63,531 nucleotides of DNA from an uncultured Alphaproteobacteria bacterium (lineage in GTDB: Bacteria > Pseudomonadota > Alphaproteobacteria > RF32 > CAG-239). Each line of letters opens with the position of its first letter. Position 1 is the stretch's first letter. Location: positions 1 through 63,531 of the forward strand of contig CAMOYJ010000001.1 in assembly GCA_946629975.1 (NCBI GenBank). Reading direction: 5' to 3'. The notes beneath the pieces are model-generated. The model had not been told where the DNA came from. It saw nothing but the letters and a program-made list of their open reading frames with translations, and did not search any database. This document shows positions 7,686-17,645 of the stretch, piece after piece. Position numbers and translations under genes: made by a program.

Positions 7686-7819
7686 TACCTCGAATTTAAC
7701 TTGAAAAAATTCGTTTGATATAACACGCCACGGCGTGCCGTCAGTCAGCGAGGGTTCGCACACTGGCGCGAAATTTTTATATAAAACGGGTTTTGAAAAA
7801 ATAAAAAGGAATTTGACTT

Positions 7820-9196
7820 TTGTTTGAAACATTGACCGATAAATTAGGTGCTGTTTTTAATAAAATCACCTCAAGGGGCGTGCTCTCTGAGGCAGATATT
7901 GACAGTGCTATGCGCGAAATCAGAGTCGCGCTTTTGGAGGCTGATGTTTCACTCTCCGTTGTCAAAGATTTTATTGCTCATGTTAAAGAACAGGCGCTTG
8001 GCGAAAAGGTTGTCAAATCTGTTCAGCCGGGGCAAATGGTTGTCAAAATTGTGCACGATGAGCTCGTCAAACTTTTGGGTGACGAAACCTCAGAGCTCAA
8101 TTTGAACGCACCTGCACCGGTGGTTGTGATGATGGTCGGTTTGCAAGGTTCGGGCAAAACAACGACGGCGGCAAAAATTGCAAACAAGCTTAAGAAAAAC
8201 AAAAAGGTTTTGCTTGCCTCACTCGATGTTTATCGTCCGGCCGCACAAGAACAACTCAAACAGTTATCTGAGCAAATCGGAGTCGATTCGCTTGAAATTG
8301 TTAAAGGTGAGTCCCCGCTTGAAATTACAAAGCGCGCCTTAACAGCTGCCAAAACGGGCGTATATGATGTGCTTGTTTTGGATACGGCTGGTCGCCTGCA
8401 GATTGATGAAACCCTGATGGATGAGGTAAGTGATGTTAAAAAGCTTGCAAATCCGACCGAAATTTTGCTCGTGGCTGATGCTTTAATCGGCCAAGAAGCA
8501 TGCAATGTTGCCAAAGCGTTTAATGAAAAACTCGGTATCACAGGCTTGGTTTTGACACGTGTTGACGGCTCGTCAAGGGCTGGTGCCGCGCTTTCAATGA
8601 AAATGATTTCAGGTGTGCCGATTAAATATTTGGGCACGGGTGAAAAGCTTGATGAAATTGAGGCTTTTCATGCTGACCGCATCGCCGGACGTATTTTGGG
8701 ACAGGGCGACGTTGTGAGCTTTGTTGAAAAAGCGATGGAAACGGTTGATCGCGCACAGGCTGAAAAAGATATGCTTGAAATGATGAAAGGAAAGTTTGAT
8801 TTGAACGACCTTTTATCTCAAATGAGACAGATGAAAAAACTCGGCTCAATGTCAAGCGTGCTCTCAATGATTCCTGGAATTGCAAAATATAAAACACAGT
8901 TGGAACAAATTAACGGCGACGAGATATTGAAAAAACAAGAGGCAATTATTCTTTCAATGACAAAGGCTGAAAGGTCTAACCCCGATATTATCAAGGCAAG
9001 CCGCAAAAAACGGATTGCAAACGGCTCGGGGGTTGAGGTAATGGATGTCAACAAGCTCTTAAAATCTTATGAGCAGATGGCTTCTATGGTCAAACAAATG
9101 GGAAAATTCGGCGGTATCAAAGGGTTTTCTCAAGTATTAAAACGCGGTTCAATGGGAGGCTTTCCATTTGGACCAATGAACAACAAACGGTTTTAA
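7820..9196 (+). CDS. ffh: Signal recognition particle protein Ffh
   Basis: MFETLTDKLGAVF N-terminus, GLQGSGKTTTAAK P-loop, DTAGR, and a Met-rich M domain. TTG start. Confidence 0.95.
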   Translation: MFETLTDKLGAVFNKITSRGVLSEADIDSAMREIRVALLEADVSLSVVKDFIAHVKEQALGEKVVKSVQPGQMVVKIVHDELVKLLGDETSELNLNAPAPVVVMMVGLQGSGKTTTAAKIANKLKKNKKVLLASLDVYRPAAQEQLKQLSEQIGVDSLEIVKGESPLEITKRALTAAKTGVYDVLVLDTAGRLQIDETLMDEVSDVKKLANPTEILLVADALIGQEACNVAKAFNEKLGITGLVLTRVDGSSRAGAALSMKMISGVPIKYLGTGEKLDEIEAFHADRIAGRILGQGDVVSFVEKAMETVDRAQAEKDMLEMMKGKFDLNDLLSQMRQMKKLGSMSSVLSMIPGIAKYKTQLEQINGDEILKKQEAIILSMTKAERSNPDIIKASRKKRIANGSGVEVMDVNKLLKSYEQMASMVKQMGKFGGIKGFSQVLKRGSMGGFPFGPMNNKRF

Positions 9197-9258
9197 GACT
9201 TTGCCATAAGGCTTGAAACTTTTAACAATTTAACTTTTTTAAGAAAGGAATTTATAAA

Positions 9259-9684
9259 ATGGCAGTTCGTATCAGATTATCAAGAGGCGGTTCTAAAAAA
9301 CGTCCGTTTTATCGCATTGTTGCAGCAGATCAACGCGCTCCTCGCGATGGCCGCTTTATTGAAAAATTAGGCACATATAACCCGCTTTTGCCGAAAGATC
9401 ATCAAGATCGTTTGATCGTTGACAGCGAAAAAGTGTCTGCATGGCTCAAAAAAGGTGCTCAGCCGACAGAAAGATTGCAAAAATTGTTTGCAGGTCTTGG
9501 ATTATGTGAAGCACCCGTTATTCATGAACAACCGAAAAAATCTGCGCCTCGTGCTAAAACATTAGAGCGCATTAAAGAAAAAGAAGAAAAAGCAAAAGCC
9601 GCTCAAGAGGCTGCCGCTGCCGCTAAAGCTGAGGCTGAAGCTGCCGCCGCATCTGAATCTGCTCCGGCTGAATCTGCTGAATAA
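9259..9684 (+). CDS. rpsP: 30S ribosomal protein S16 with an Ala/Glu/Lys-rich C-terminal extension
   Basis: [24 protein letters not shown] is the S16 signature. Position after ffh. Confidence 0.95.
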   Translation: MAVRIRLSRGGSKKRPFYRIVAADQRAPRDGRFIEKLGTYNPLLPKDHQDRLIVDSEKVSAWLKKGAQPTERLQKLFAGLGLCEAPVIHEQPKKSAPRAKTLERIKEKEEKAKAAQEAAAAAKAEAEAAAASESAPAESAE

Positions 9685-9713
9685 TTTTGATAAGTTATTT
9701 TTAAGGCAAAAAA

Positions 9714-10244
9714 ATGTCGGATTTGGTTTGTTTGGGCAAAATTGTTGCAGCGCACGGCATTAAGGGCGAAGTGAAAGTCAAGAGCTTTACCTCAAACCCT
9801 AAAGATATTTGTGCATACGGCAAGCTTTCAAACAAAGACAAAACGCATTTTTATCAAGGACAAGTCAAAGGTTTTGCAAAAGAACTTTTGCGTGTGAAAT
9901 TTGAAGGTGTTGACACAAGAAATGCCGCAGAAGAAATTGTCGGAACAGAGCTTTTTGTTTCGCGAGATGTTTTGCCGGAATTGAAAGAAAATACCTTTTA
10001 TTTGGCAGATCTTGTCGGGCTCAAGGTTTTGGAAGCAAAAACAAAAAAAGAGCTTGGCAAAATTGCAGGCGTTTATAATTTCGGCGCGGGAGATATTTTG
10101 GAAATCAGCTTTGAAGGGCAAAAACAAACCGAGATGTTGCCGTTTAATGACACATATGTGCCGACGGTTGATATCAAGGAGGGATTTGTTGAAGTGAGCC
10201 AAACCTCAATGAACTACCAGGAAGACGAAGAAAATGAAGGTTAA
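9714..10244 (+). CDS. rimM: 16S rRNA processing protein RimM
   Basis: [15 protein letters not shown] motif and conserved operon position. Confidence 0.9.
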   Translation: MSDLVCLGKIVAAHGIKGEVKVKSFTSNPKDICAYGKLSNKDKTHFYQGQVKGFAKELLRVKFEGVDTRNAAEEIVGTELFVSRDVLPELKENTFYLADLVGLKVLEAKTKKELGKIAGVYNFGAGDILEISFEGQKQTEMLPFNDTYVPTVDIKEGFVEVSQTSMNYQEDEENEG

Positions 10245-10923
10245 AATCTTAACATTGTATCCTGAAATTTTCCCCGGTTTTTTAGGCTTTTCGTTGACGG
10301 GTAAGGCGCTTGCCGAAGGCAAATGGAGCTTTGAGGTGATCAACATCAGAGATTATGCCACCGACAAATACGGCTCTGTTGATGATACTCCGTGCGGCGG
10401 TGGTGCCGGAATGGTGATGCGCGCAGATATCTTGGGTTCGGCAATTGATGCAAACTTTAAGGCCGGCAAGCTCATTTATATGACCCCGAAAGGCAAACCT
10501 TTAACACAAGCTAAATTGCATGAGCTGGCAAAAGAGCCTGAGCTGACCATTGTTTGCAACCGTTTTGAAGGTATTGATGAGCGTGTTGTTGAAGTCTATC
10601 ACCCCGACGAAATCAGCATAGGAGACTATGTTTTGACAGGCGGTGAGCAAGCGGCGATGATTATGCTTGACGGTGTGATCAGACTGCTTGACGGTGTTTT
10701 GGGCAACAATGAATCTGCTCAAGACGAAAGTTTTGAAAACGGTTTGCTCGAGTATCCGCAATATACAAGGCCCATAGACTGGAAAGGTATGAAAGTGCCT
10801 GATGTGTTGCTCTCGGGGCATCATGCAAACATTGAAAAATGGCGCAAAGAGCAGTCCTTAAAAGTAACTCAAGAAAAACGACCCGACCTTTTTAAAAAAT
10901 ATCTTGATTTAAAAAAAGTTTAG
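10234..10923 (+). CDS. trmD: tRNA (guanine37-N1)-methyltransferase TrmD
   Basis: [11 protein letters not shown]...[13 protein letters not shown]...GGEQAAM motifs. Confidence 0.95.
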   Translation: MKVKILTLYPEIFPGFLGFSLTGKALAEGKWSFEVINIRDYATDKYGSVDDTPCGGGAGMVMRADILGSAIDANFKAGKLIYMTPKGKPLTQAKLHELAKEPELTIVCNRFEGIDERVVEVYHPDEISIGDYVLTGGEQAAMIMLDGVIRLLDGVLGNNESAQDESFENGLLEYPQYTRPIDWKGMKVPDVLLSGHHANIEKWRKEQSLKVTQEKRPDLFKKYLDLKKV

Positions 10924-10964
10924 GGTTATAAGGTAACAAATTTTAAAAAGAAAAGGTTAAACTG

Positions 10965-11366
10965 ATGAATATTTTGAAAAACTTGGAAAAAGAGCAAATG
11001 GATAAGCTCACTCAAGGTAAAAACCTGCCTGATTTTAAAGCAGGTGATACTTTGAAAGTTCACACCAAAGTTAAAGAAGGTGATCGTGAACGTATCCAAA
11101 TTTATGAAGGCGTTTGCATCGCTCGCAAAAATGATGGTTTGAACTCTTCATTTACAGTTCGCAAAATTTCTTTCGGTGAAGGTGTGGAACGTGTGTTCCC
11201 GCTTTACTCTCCGAATGTGGCAAAAATTGAAGTGGCACGTATCGGTAAAGTTCGTCGTGCAAAACTTTATTTCTTGCGTGCACTCCGCGGTAGATCTGCT
11301 CGTATTGCTGACGATTTGACAGCAACATCAAAAGCAGCTGCCGAAAAAGCAAACGCAGAAAAATAA
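10965..11366 (+). CDS. rplS: 50S ribosomal protein L19
   Basis: [30 protein letters not shown]...SFTVRK signature. Confidence 0.95.
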   Translation: MNILKNLEKEQMDKLTQGKNLPDFKAGDTLKVHTKVKEGDRERIQIYEGVCIARKNDGLNSSFTVRKISFGEGVERVFPLYSPNVAKIEVARIGKVRRAKLYFLRALRGRSARIADDLTATSKAAAEKANAEK

Positions 11367-11392
11367 TTATTTGCTTTTAAGTTAAAGAAAAT

Positions 11393-11418
11393 CCCTCGCA
11401 AATGCGGGGGATTTTTTT
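11393..11418. terminator. Bidirectional rho-independent terminator between convergent genes
   Basis: ccctcgc-aaat-gcggggg hairpin flanked by an A-run and a T-run. Confidence 0.7.
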
Positions 11419-11438
11419 GTTTTACAAAAAGTAAAAGA

Positions 11439-12218
11439 CTAGAATAATACTTTGAGTTGAGCACCGAGCGTCATATCATGCTGATAATCGCTGCCACCCA
11501 AGAAGTAGTCACCATGAACACCAACAGCAACGGAATCTGTTAAGAAGTAATCAGCTTCGCCTTGCAAATACCATTGGTTAGCATTGTCACCATGTGTTAC
11601 AAAATCATAACGAACACCGCCGTCAAGAGCCCATTTGTCAAGTGTTTTGTGAACACCGGCAAAAACAGAATAGTCAATCACGCGGTCAGCTTGATCAATC
11701 GGTGAATCAAGTGTAAACATGGTATAAGGAACTAAGCCGTTGCCCATATCATAGCCAACTTGTGCTTCAAATTGGAGCTCTTTATACCAGTCATTATCCA
11801 TTTTAACACCGCCGATGTGGTGACCAAACCAAGAACTCGGCTGGAATGTGAAATAGCCCAAACCGACTTGTGTCAAAATATTGTCATAGCTATAGTTATA
11901 TTTTGCGCCAACTTCATAAGCAAAGTTATGCTCGTTGTTGTATTGACGGCTTGTCAAACGATCAAAATTAAAAGCGTTCATAATACCGCCGTAAACAGAG
12001 AAGTTGTCTGTGATACCGTAGGTTAACTCTTCGCTCAACGCAAAATTTTTGATTTGTTTAACATGACGCGCTTTTGTGCGAGACCATTCAATTTGTGTGT
12101 CAGACAAAAATTCGCCTTGACCGGGCAAAAAGAGCGACCCAGTAAAATCTCTTGCATGTGCTGCGCTAACCATCAAAGTTGCGGCAGCTGTTGTGAGTAG
12201 CATATTTTTGATATTCAT
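11439..12218 (-). CDS. Outer-membrane beta-barrel protein (family not recognised)
   Basis: Signal peptide ending SAAHA, alternating Gly/Tyr/aromatic beta-strand pattern, and a C-terminal ...LKVLF. Confidence 0.65.
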   Translation of the reverse strand: MNIKNMLLTTAAATLMVSAAHARDFTGSLFLPGQGEFLSDTQIEWSRTKARHVKQIKNFALSEELTYGITDNFSVYGGIMNAFNFDRLTSRQYNNEHNFAYEVGAKYNYSYDNILTQVGLGYFTFQPSSWFGHHIGGVKMDNDWYKELQFEAQVGYDMGNGLVPYTMFTLDSPIDQADRVIDYSVFAGVHKTLDKWALDGGVRYDFVTHGDNANQWYLQGEADYFLTDSVAVGVHGDYFLGGSDYQHDMTLGAQLKVLF

Positions 12219-12379
12219 GAATATATCCTTTCTGTTGTTTCAACAATCCGATGTTTGTCGGATACACTAAGGATACTGCCATAAAGTTGACGAAATGTTA
12301 AGATAAATATGTTATATATTCCACAGAATTAAACAGAAATTAAGATTTGAAAATTATAGTAGCTCCAAAGGAGAATACA

Positions 12380-12811
12380 ATGGACGAAGAATACATCAAA
12401 ACATTATCTGAAGAAGAAAAGATTGTTTTCTTAAAACTTTTTTGTGTGTTAATTAAAAGCGATAATGAAATTGATCAAGATGAAATTTCATTTTTGAAAA
12501 TGATTAGTGCAAAATATGGTGTGCCTGAAACAACAATTGTCGAGATCATTAAATCGGCAAACTCAATAGACGCTGTTCGGGAAGCAGAAAAAATTAAAGA
12601 TCGTTTGCATGCGCTGGAGCTTGTGAAAGAGCTTTGTTTTTTAGCAAATGTGGATGATAGTCTTCATGAAAATGAATTGGGAACAATTATCAACATTTCT
12701 CGCGCAATGCATGTTGAAGATGAAAAACTTATTTTAATAAACAGATTTGTTTTGGACAGCCTTATTTTATACAAAGCAGGGCGAGTGATATTGGAAAAAG
12801 AAAATGGATGA
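12380..12811 (+). CDS. TerB-like (tellurite-resistance TerB / DjlA N-domain-like) protein
   Basis: Two helical repeats carrying acidic D-x-E-I motifs (SDNEIDQDEISFL and VDDSLHENELGTI). ATG at 12380 follows aaaggag. Confidence 0.5.
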   Translation: MDEEYIKTLSEEEKIVFLKLFCVLIKSDNEIDQDEISFLKMISAKYGVPETTIVEIIKSANSIDAVREAEKIKDRLHALELVKELCFLANVDDSLHENELGTIINISRAMHVEDEKLILINRFVLDSLILYKAGRVILEKENG

Positions 12812-13160
12812 GGTAAAGTTAAAAAAAATTCTAAGGGGACAAAGAGGTTCTCTTGCTGAAGCGGTTGGAAATAAGCTTGCTTACTTAAAGAGCAGCCATG
12901 TTTTTGAAAAAGATAGTTCGTATATGCAAAGTTTTACATTGGATTTTGAAATACCAACCGCAAAAACTTTAACACTTGAAGAAGCATTTCAAGAGATTTC
13001 AGGGCAACCGATACACAACGTTCCTTCTGTGTCTGCACAATCAAATCCGCAAAGCGACAAAGCAATACCATCTAAAGGTATGTCAATGGCGGAAAGAATT
13101 GCGGCTTTGAGAGGAGCTGTCAGCTCTCCCTCGACATGCATGGGCTATCAAAGAAAATAA
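12804..13160 (+). CDS. Hypothetical protein
   Basis: Overlaps the upstream stop by 8 nt. No family recognised. Confidence 0.4.
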   Translation: MDEVKLKKILRGQRGSLAEAVGNKLAYLKSSHVFEKDSSYMQSFTLDFEIPTAKTLTLEEAFQEISGQPIHNVPSVSAQSNPQSDKAIPSKGMSMAERIAALRGAVSSPSTCMGYQRK

Positions 13161-13280
13161 CTATAAATTAATTGACAAAATCAAAAAAAGTTGATACAAA
13201 ACAAAGTATTGCTTTTTAAGTCTATGTCCAATCATTAAATATAAATTATGTAAAAAAATAAACCTCTAAAACAAGAAAAT

Positions 13281-13622
13281 ATGAAAGAATTAAAACTGAC
13301 AACCGTCGAAAAGCGCAGCTTAGAACAAGGCATTGCGATAAGAAGTATCAGGTTAAAAGCCGGCAGAATCTTTTGGGATGAACTGGAAAAACAAGACCTT
13401 ATTTCATCCCCGATAAAAGAAGATAAGGCGGCAGCTTTCAAAAAAGAAGTTTTGAAAAGGCGTTGGTCTGAGATTGCAGCCTTAAAAGAGTGGCTGAACA
13501 CGCAGATTGAGTATTTAGAAGAAAGTCCGGCATTGGACTTGCTCGGCTCAAATGAAGAAACATGCAACAAAATGCTTGAAACCTACAAAAAGCACTTAGA
13601 GTTGCTTTGCAACCTTTTCTAA
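13281..13622 (+). CDS. Hypothetical helical protein
   Basis: Coding-like Lys/Glu-rich ORF followed by a strong terminator. Confidence 0.45.
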   Translation: MKELKLTTVEKRSLEQGIAIRSIRLKAGRIFWDELEKQDLISSPIKEDKAAAFKKEVLKRRWSEIAALKEWLNTQIEYLEESPALDLLGSNEETCNKMLETYKKHLELLCNLF

Positions 13623-13637
13623 CGATTCGCTTTAAAA

Positions 13638-13667
13638 CCGCCCCTTGCATAAAAGGGCGGTTTTTTT
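13638..13667 (+). terminator. Rho-independent terminator
   Basis: ccgcccctt/aagggcgg hairpin plus T7. Confidence 0.75.
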
Positions 13668-13757
13668 GGTTTTAAAAAAACATTAAAAATCAACATATTA
13701 AAAAATGGTATTAAAATACCGCAAATTAATGCATTGAAAATCAAAGAAAAATTGTTA

Positions 13758-13785
13758 TTGACAAGACGTTTTTTTTATGTATATT
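13758..13785 (+). promoter_or_regulatory. Sigma70-type promoter candidate for rplM-rpsI
   Basis: TTGACA, 16-nt spacer, TATATT. Confidence 0.45.
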
Positions 13786-13827
13786 AAAGCAGAATTTTTT
13801 GAAAAACTTTTTTATGGAAAGAAAAAT

Positions 13828-14295
13828 ATGACTACATATTCTACAAAACCCTCAGACATTGAGAGAAAATGGTATGTTGTTGACGCAGAAGGTGTTGTTT
13901 TGGGCCGTTTGGCTGCCGAAGTTGCAAAAATTTTGCGCGGTAAAAATAAACCTTACTTTGTTCCGAATTTGGACTGCGGCGACTACGTTGTTGTTATCAA
14001 TGCCGACAAGGTCAAATTAACCGGTAAGAAATTGACCGAGAAAAAATATTTCAAACACACAGGTTGGATCGGCGGTATCAAAGAAACCAATCCGACACGT
14101 ATTTTTGCAGGTTTTCACCCAGAGCAAGTTGTTGAAAAAGCTGTTGAACGCATGATCTCTCGTAACCCGATGGGACGTCAACAAATGGCAAAGCTCAAGG
14201 TTTATGCCGGACCTTCTCATCCGCATGCAGCTCAAAACCCTGAAGTTTTGGATATTGCAACACGTAACCCGAAGAATAAAAGGAGTGCTTTATAA
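13828..14295 (+). CDS. rplM: 50S ribosomal protein L13
   Basis: [22 protein letters not shown]...GRLA is the L13 N-terminus. The ATG at 13828 is preferred over the 13777 track start. Confidence 0.95.
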   Translation: MTTYSTKPSDIERKWYVVDAEGVVLGRLAAEVAKILRGKNKPYFVPNLDCGDYVVVINADKVKLTGKKLTEKKYFKHTGWIGGIKETNPTRIFAGFHPEQVVEKAVERMISRNPMGRQQMAKLKVYAGPSHPHAAQNPEVLDIATRNPKNKRSAL

Positions 14296-14912
14296 TGGCT
14301 ACAGCAAAAACAGAAACAGCTAAAAAGACAACAGCTGCCAAAAAGACAACTGCAACAAAGTCAACAGCAACAAAAACAGCCACAACAAAGAAAACAACGA
14401 CGACTGTTGTTAAGAAAACAGCAGCTAAAAAGATCGATTCTTTGAAAGACTTGAAAGCAGCGACAAAAGAAAAAGAAGCTCCGGTTGCAGAAGCAAAAGC
14501 CGCACCAAAAGCTAAAAAAGACAAACAAGGTCGTGCTTATGCAACAGGTCGCAGAAAAGATGCTGTTGCCAGAGTTTGGGTGATGCCGGGCAATGGTAAG
14601 GTGACCATCAACGATAAATCAATGGATGAATATTTTTCTCGTCCGGTTTTGAAAATGATTATCAATCAACCGTTTGAAGTGACAAACCGTATCAATGAAT
14701 TTGATGTTGTTTGCACTGTCAACGGCGGTGGTTTGTCGGGTCAGGCAGGCGCTATCAAACACGGTATTTCACGTGCTTTGAACGAATATGAGCCTGAATT
14801 GCACACAGCTTTGAAACAAGCCGGTTTCTTAACACGTGATGACAGAACTGTTGAACGTAAGAAATACGGTAAGGCAAAAGCTCGTCGTTCTTACCAATTC
14901 TCAAAACGTTAA
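14295..14912 (+). CDS. rpsI: 30S ribosomal protein S9 with a ~75-aa Lys/Thr/Ala-rich N-terminal extension
   Basis: The C-terminal 130 aa is canonical S9 ([12 protein letters not shown]...[19 protein letters not shown]...[10 protein letters not shown]). The N-terminus is a low-complexity KKTTA-type repeat. Confidence 0.9.
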   Translation: MATAKTETAKKTTAAKKTTATKSTATKTATTKKTTTTVVKKTAAKKIDSLKDLKAATKEKEAPVAEAKAAPKAKKDKQGRAYATGRRKDAVARVWVMPGNGKVTINDKSMDEYFSRPVLKMIINQPFEVTNRINEFDVVCTVNGGGLSGQAGAIKHGISRALNEYEPELHTALKQAGFLTRDDRTVERKKYGKAKARRSYQFSKR

Positions 14913-14936
14913 TCTCGTTTTGCAAAAGAAGAAATC

Positions 14937-14965
14937 AAGGTGCCAATATTTGGCACCTTTTTTGT
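14937..14965 (+). terminator. Rho-independent terminator
   Basis: ggtgcca-atat-tggcacc hairpin plus a T-run. Confidence 0.75.
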
Positions 14966-15133
14966 TTGATCCTACTCTTTAGAAAGCGAGAAAACAGCGT
15001 TTTTAAGCAGCTGGATAATTATACACAAAACTTGCCGTCATATAGAAAATTTTTACTTGCTTTGAAAAAATGAAGGTGTATACTAGGCACAGACTGAAGA
15101 TTTTTACAATTTTTTAGAAAGGAAAATGAGACC

Positions 15134-17527
15134 ATGAACAAAAACTCAAGTTTGATTTTAGGTTTGATGCTCTCTACGGCAATTGTTGTGCCGGCAGGAG
15201 CAGCAGATCTTTGGCCTGATGATGGCACAACCATTTCAGGAACAATCGCTGATACATATAACATCGACCATGGATATAATGTCAGTTTTGAGAACGTAAA
15301 TGCCTCTAATATATCAATTGCGACATACGGAGGTTCTGTTATATACAGCAGTGGTAATGTAAGCATTAAAAACAGTACATTTGCATCAAACAGTGCGTTA
15401 GATGATGATGGTGGTGCTATTTTATCATATACGCCGGAAGGAAGCTTGAAGATTGAAAATTCTACTTTTACAAGTAATAAAGCATCTATTGGCGGTGCGA
15501 TTGCTGCTTATAGAAATTCAGGTAAAACGACAATTTCTAACAGTACGTTTAAGAATAATGAGGCAACAGAAATTGGTGCGCTTTATTTACTATCTGAGAC
15601 AAGCATTTCAGGTTCGACATTTGAGGGAAATAAATCAACAAATACGTCATCTTCCGCAACGTATGATGCCGGTGGCGCTCTATGGGTTGGCTCAGAGACA
15701 GTAACAGATATTTCTGACACGACATTTTCTTCAAATACGTCAGGAACAAATGGCGGCGCAATTGCCATGAGAAGATTTGACAGAGGTAATAACACAGCTG
15801 CTAAATTAGATATTTCGAATGCAACATTTTCAAGCAACGAAGCGCAAACAACAGGTGGCGCGATTGATAACTATTTGTATGGTTCAAAAGGTAAATCCGG
15901 CTCTGTTTATGTTTCAGATTCTACCTTCACTTCAAACAGTGCAAAAGACGGTGGTGCCATTTTCAACCATATCGGAAAAGATGGTGAAATTCTAAATGCT
16001 GGCGCAAAACAAGTTGGTAATATCTATTTGAACAATGCAACCTTTACAAGCAACACCGCGTCTTCCAAAGGCGGTGCAATCTACAACGAAGGCACATTGA
16101 CACTTGCCGGCACAAGCACCTTTACGGGCAACAAAGCAGGCGGCTCGGCAAACGATATTTATAACGAAGGCACCGTCAATATTGATGGCGAATACAAAAC
16201 AGACGGTGGTATCGTCAACAACGATGCCGGTTCGGTTGTATTTGCATCTTCTTCTAAATTCAATGCGGCCTTGGAAAACGGCACAGCTTATATTCAAGGC
16301 GGAACAGTCACAGGTTCGACAAACTTGGTGATTGATAACAGTGTGTCTGAATCATGGATCCAGATGTTTGATAAAGCACAAACATTTTCTTTGACAAACT
16401 CATTATATGACATCACAGAAGATGAGGGCACAGCTGGTAAATACAATATCGGTAAGAAATCTGCAGATGAAGTTGTCGAAAACTTGGAAGAACAAGGTGT
16501 TTCTGAAAGCGCTGCTCAAACCATTGCTGCTGTTGCACAGTCAACCTCTGATCATGAAGCTATCAAGGCGATTTCTGAGGCTGTCCAAACAGGTGATGTT
16601 AAAGCGGCCGAACAAGCTGCCGAAGAGTTGGCTCCTTCTAAAGCGAATGAAGTTTTGAGCATTGCAACTTCAATCAACAAGATGATTTATCAAGCTGTTG
16701 AAAACCGTTTGATGGCACTTGGCAGATCATCAGGTGATTTGCTCAAGGGCGGTGCTTTTTGGGTTCAAGGTTTGTATAACCAAGCCAAGCAAGATAAATC
16801 ATCACGCGTTGAAGGTTTTAGCGCTGATTCATCCGGCGTTTCATTCGGTTTTGATGCAGAGCTGACAGATGCTTTGACGATCGGCTTGGGTTATGGCCAC
16901 ACCAAAACAGATGCCAGCACAGACACACGTGATATTGATGTGGATGGCGATAATGTTTTCGTTTATGGCAAATATCAGCCTTCTCAGTGGTATGTGAACA
17001 CCATGCTTTCTTATGGCAATGCTCGCTATAGCGAAAAGAAAGCTCCTGCGGGCGTGAAAATGAAAGCTAACTACGATGTGAACACATATGCCGCAAACAT
17101 TATGGCCGGCTATGAATATGCAAACGGTTTCACCCCTGAGGCCGGCTTGCGTTATCTCTATGCACGCCAAAATGACTATAAAGATGGTGCACAAAGCGTT
17201 AAAACAGACAGCAATGATGTTTTGACAGCTGTGTTGGGCGCAAAATATGAACGTTCGCTCGAGACAAAACATATGCTCTTAAAGCCATCTGTTAAAGTTG
17301 CCGCAACATATGATGTGATGAGTGATAACTCAAAAGCACATGTTGCCATTTTAGGCGGCGGAAATTACCAAGTTCAAGGCAAACGTTTGCATCGCTTTGG
17401 CGTTGAAACAACTTTAGGCCTTGGTACATCTTGCAACAATTGGGACTTTGATGTTCAATATGTCGGCGCATTCCGCGAAGACTTCCACTCAAATACCATT
17501 TTGGGTAAGATCAAATACAATTTCTAA
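15134..17527 (+). CDS. Autotransporter outer-membrane protein with Pmp-type (GGAI / FxxN) passenger repeats
   Basis: Signal peptide. At least 8 repeats of the F(T/S)SN...GGAI type (FTSNKASIGGAIAA, FSSNTSGTNGGAIA, FTSNSAKDGGAIFN and others). C-terminal beta-domain (GGAFWVQGLYNQ...) ending KYNF. Confidence 0.85.
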   Translation: MNKNSSLILGLMLSTAIVVPAGAADLWPDDGTTISGTIADTYNIDHGYNVSFENVNASNISIATYGGSVIYSSGNVSIKNSTFASNSALDDDGGAILSYTPEGSLKIENSTFTSNKASIGGAIAAYRNSGKTTISNSTFKNNEATEIGALYLLSETSISGSTFEGNKSTNTSSSATYDAGGALWVGSETVTDISDTTFSSNTSGTNGGAIAMRRFDRGNNTAAKLDISNATFSSNEAQTTGGAIDNYLYGSKGKSGSVYVSDSTFTSNSAKDGGAIFNHIGKDGEILNAGAKQVGNIYLNNATFTSNTASSKGGAIYNEGTLTLAGTSTFTGNKAGGSANDIYNEGTVNIDGEYKTDGGIVNNDAGSVVFASSSKFNAALENGTAYIQGGTVTGSTNLVIDNSVSESWIQMFDKAQTFSLTNSLYDITEDEGTAGKYNIGKKSADEVVENLEEQGVSESAAQTIAAVAQSTSDHEAIKAISEAVQTGDVKAAEQAAEELAPSKANEVLSIATSINKMIYQAVENRLMALGRSSGDLLKGGAFWVQGLYNQAKQDKSSRVEGFSADSSGVSFGFDAELTDALTIGLGYGHTKTDASTDTRDIDVDGDNVFVYGKYQPSQWYVNTMLSYGNARYSEKKAPAGVKMKANYDVNTYAANIMAGYEYANGFTPEAGLRYLYARQNDYKDGAQSVKTDSNDVLTAVLGAKYERSLETKHMLLKPSVKVAATYDVMSDNSKAHVAILGGGNYQVQGKRLHRFGVETTLGLGTSCNNWDFDVQYVGAFREDFHSNTILGKIKYNF

Positions 17528-17550
17528 ATGTTAATGTATAAAAACAAAAG

Positions 17551-17577
17551 AGCGGGGCAAATGCCTCGCTTTTTTTA
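17551..17577 (+). terminator. Rho-independent terminator
   Basis: agcgggg/gcctcgct hairpin plus T7. Confidence 0.7.
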
Positions 17578-17645
17578 TCAAAAAAATCTTGAAATTAAAA
17601 AAAAACGCGCTATTGTAATGCGAATTTAAAAAGAGGAATAAAACC

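Noticed and set aside
7686-7819. Possible SRP (4.5S) RNA gene just upstream of ffh.
   Set aside because: I could not find the conserved domain IV features, namely the GNAR tetraloop helix with the AGCA/GGAAGCAGC-type symmetric loop. The GC-rich island is kept only as a low-interest leader observation.
15019-15366. 115-aa minus-strand ORF overlapping the promoter and 5' end of the autotransporter gene.
   Set aside because: It is antisense to a strongly supported gene start and signal peptide, and has no ribosome-binding site and no recognisable features.
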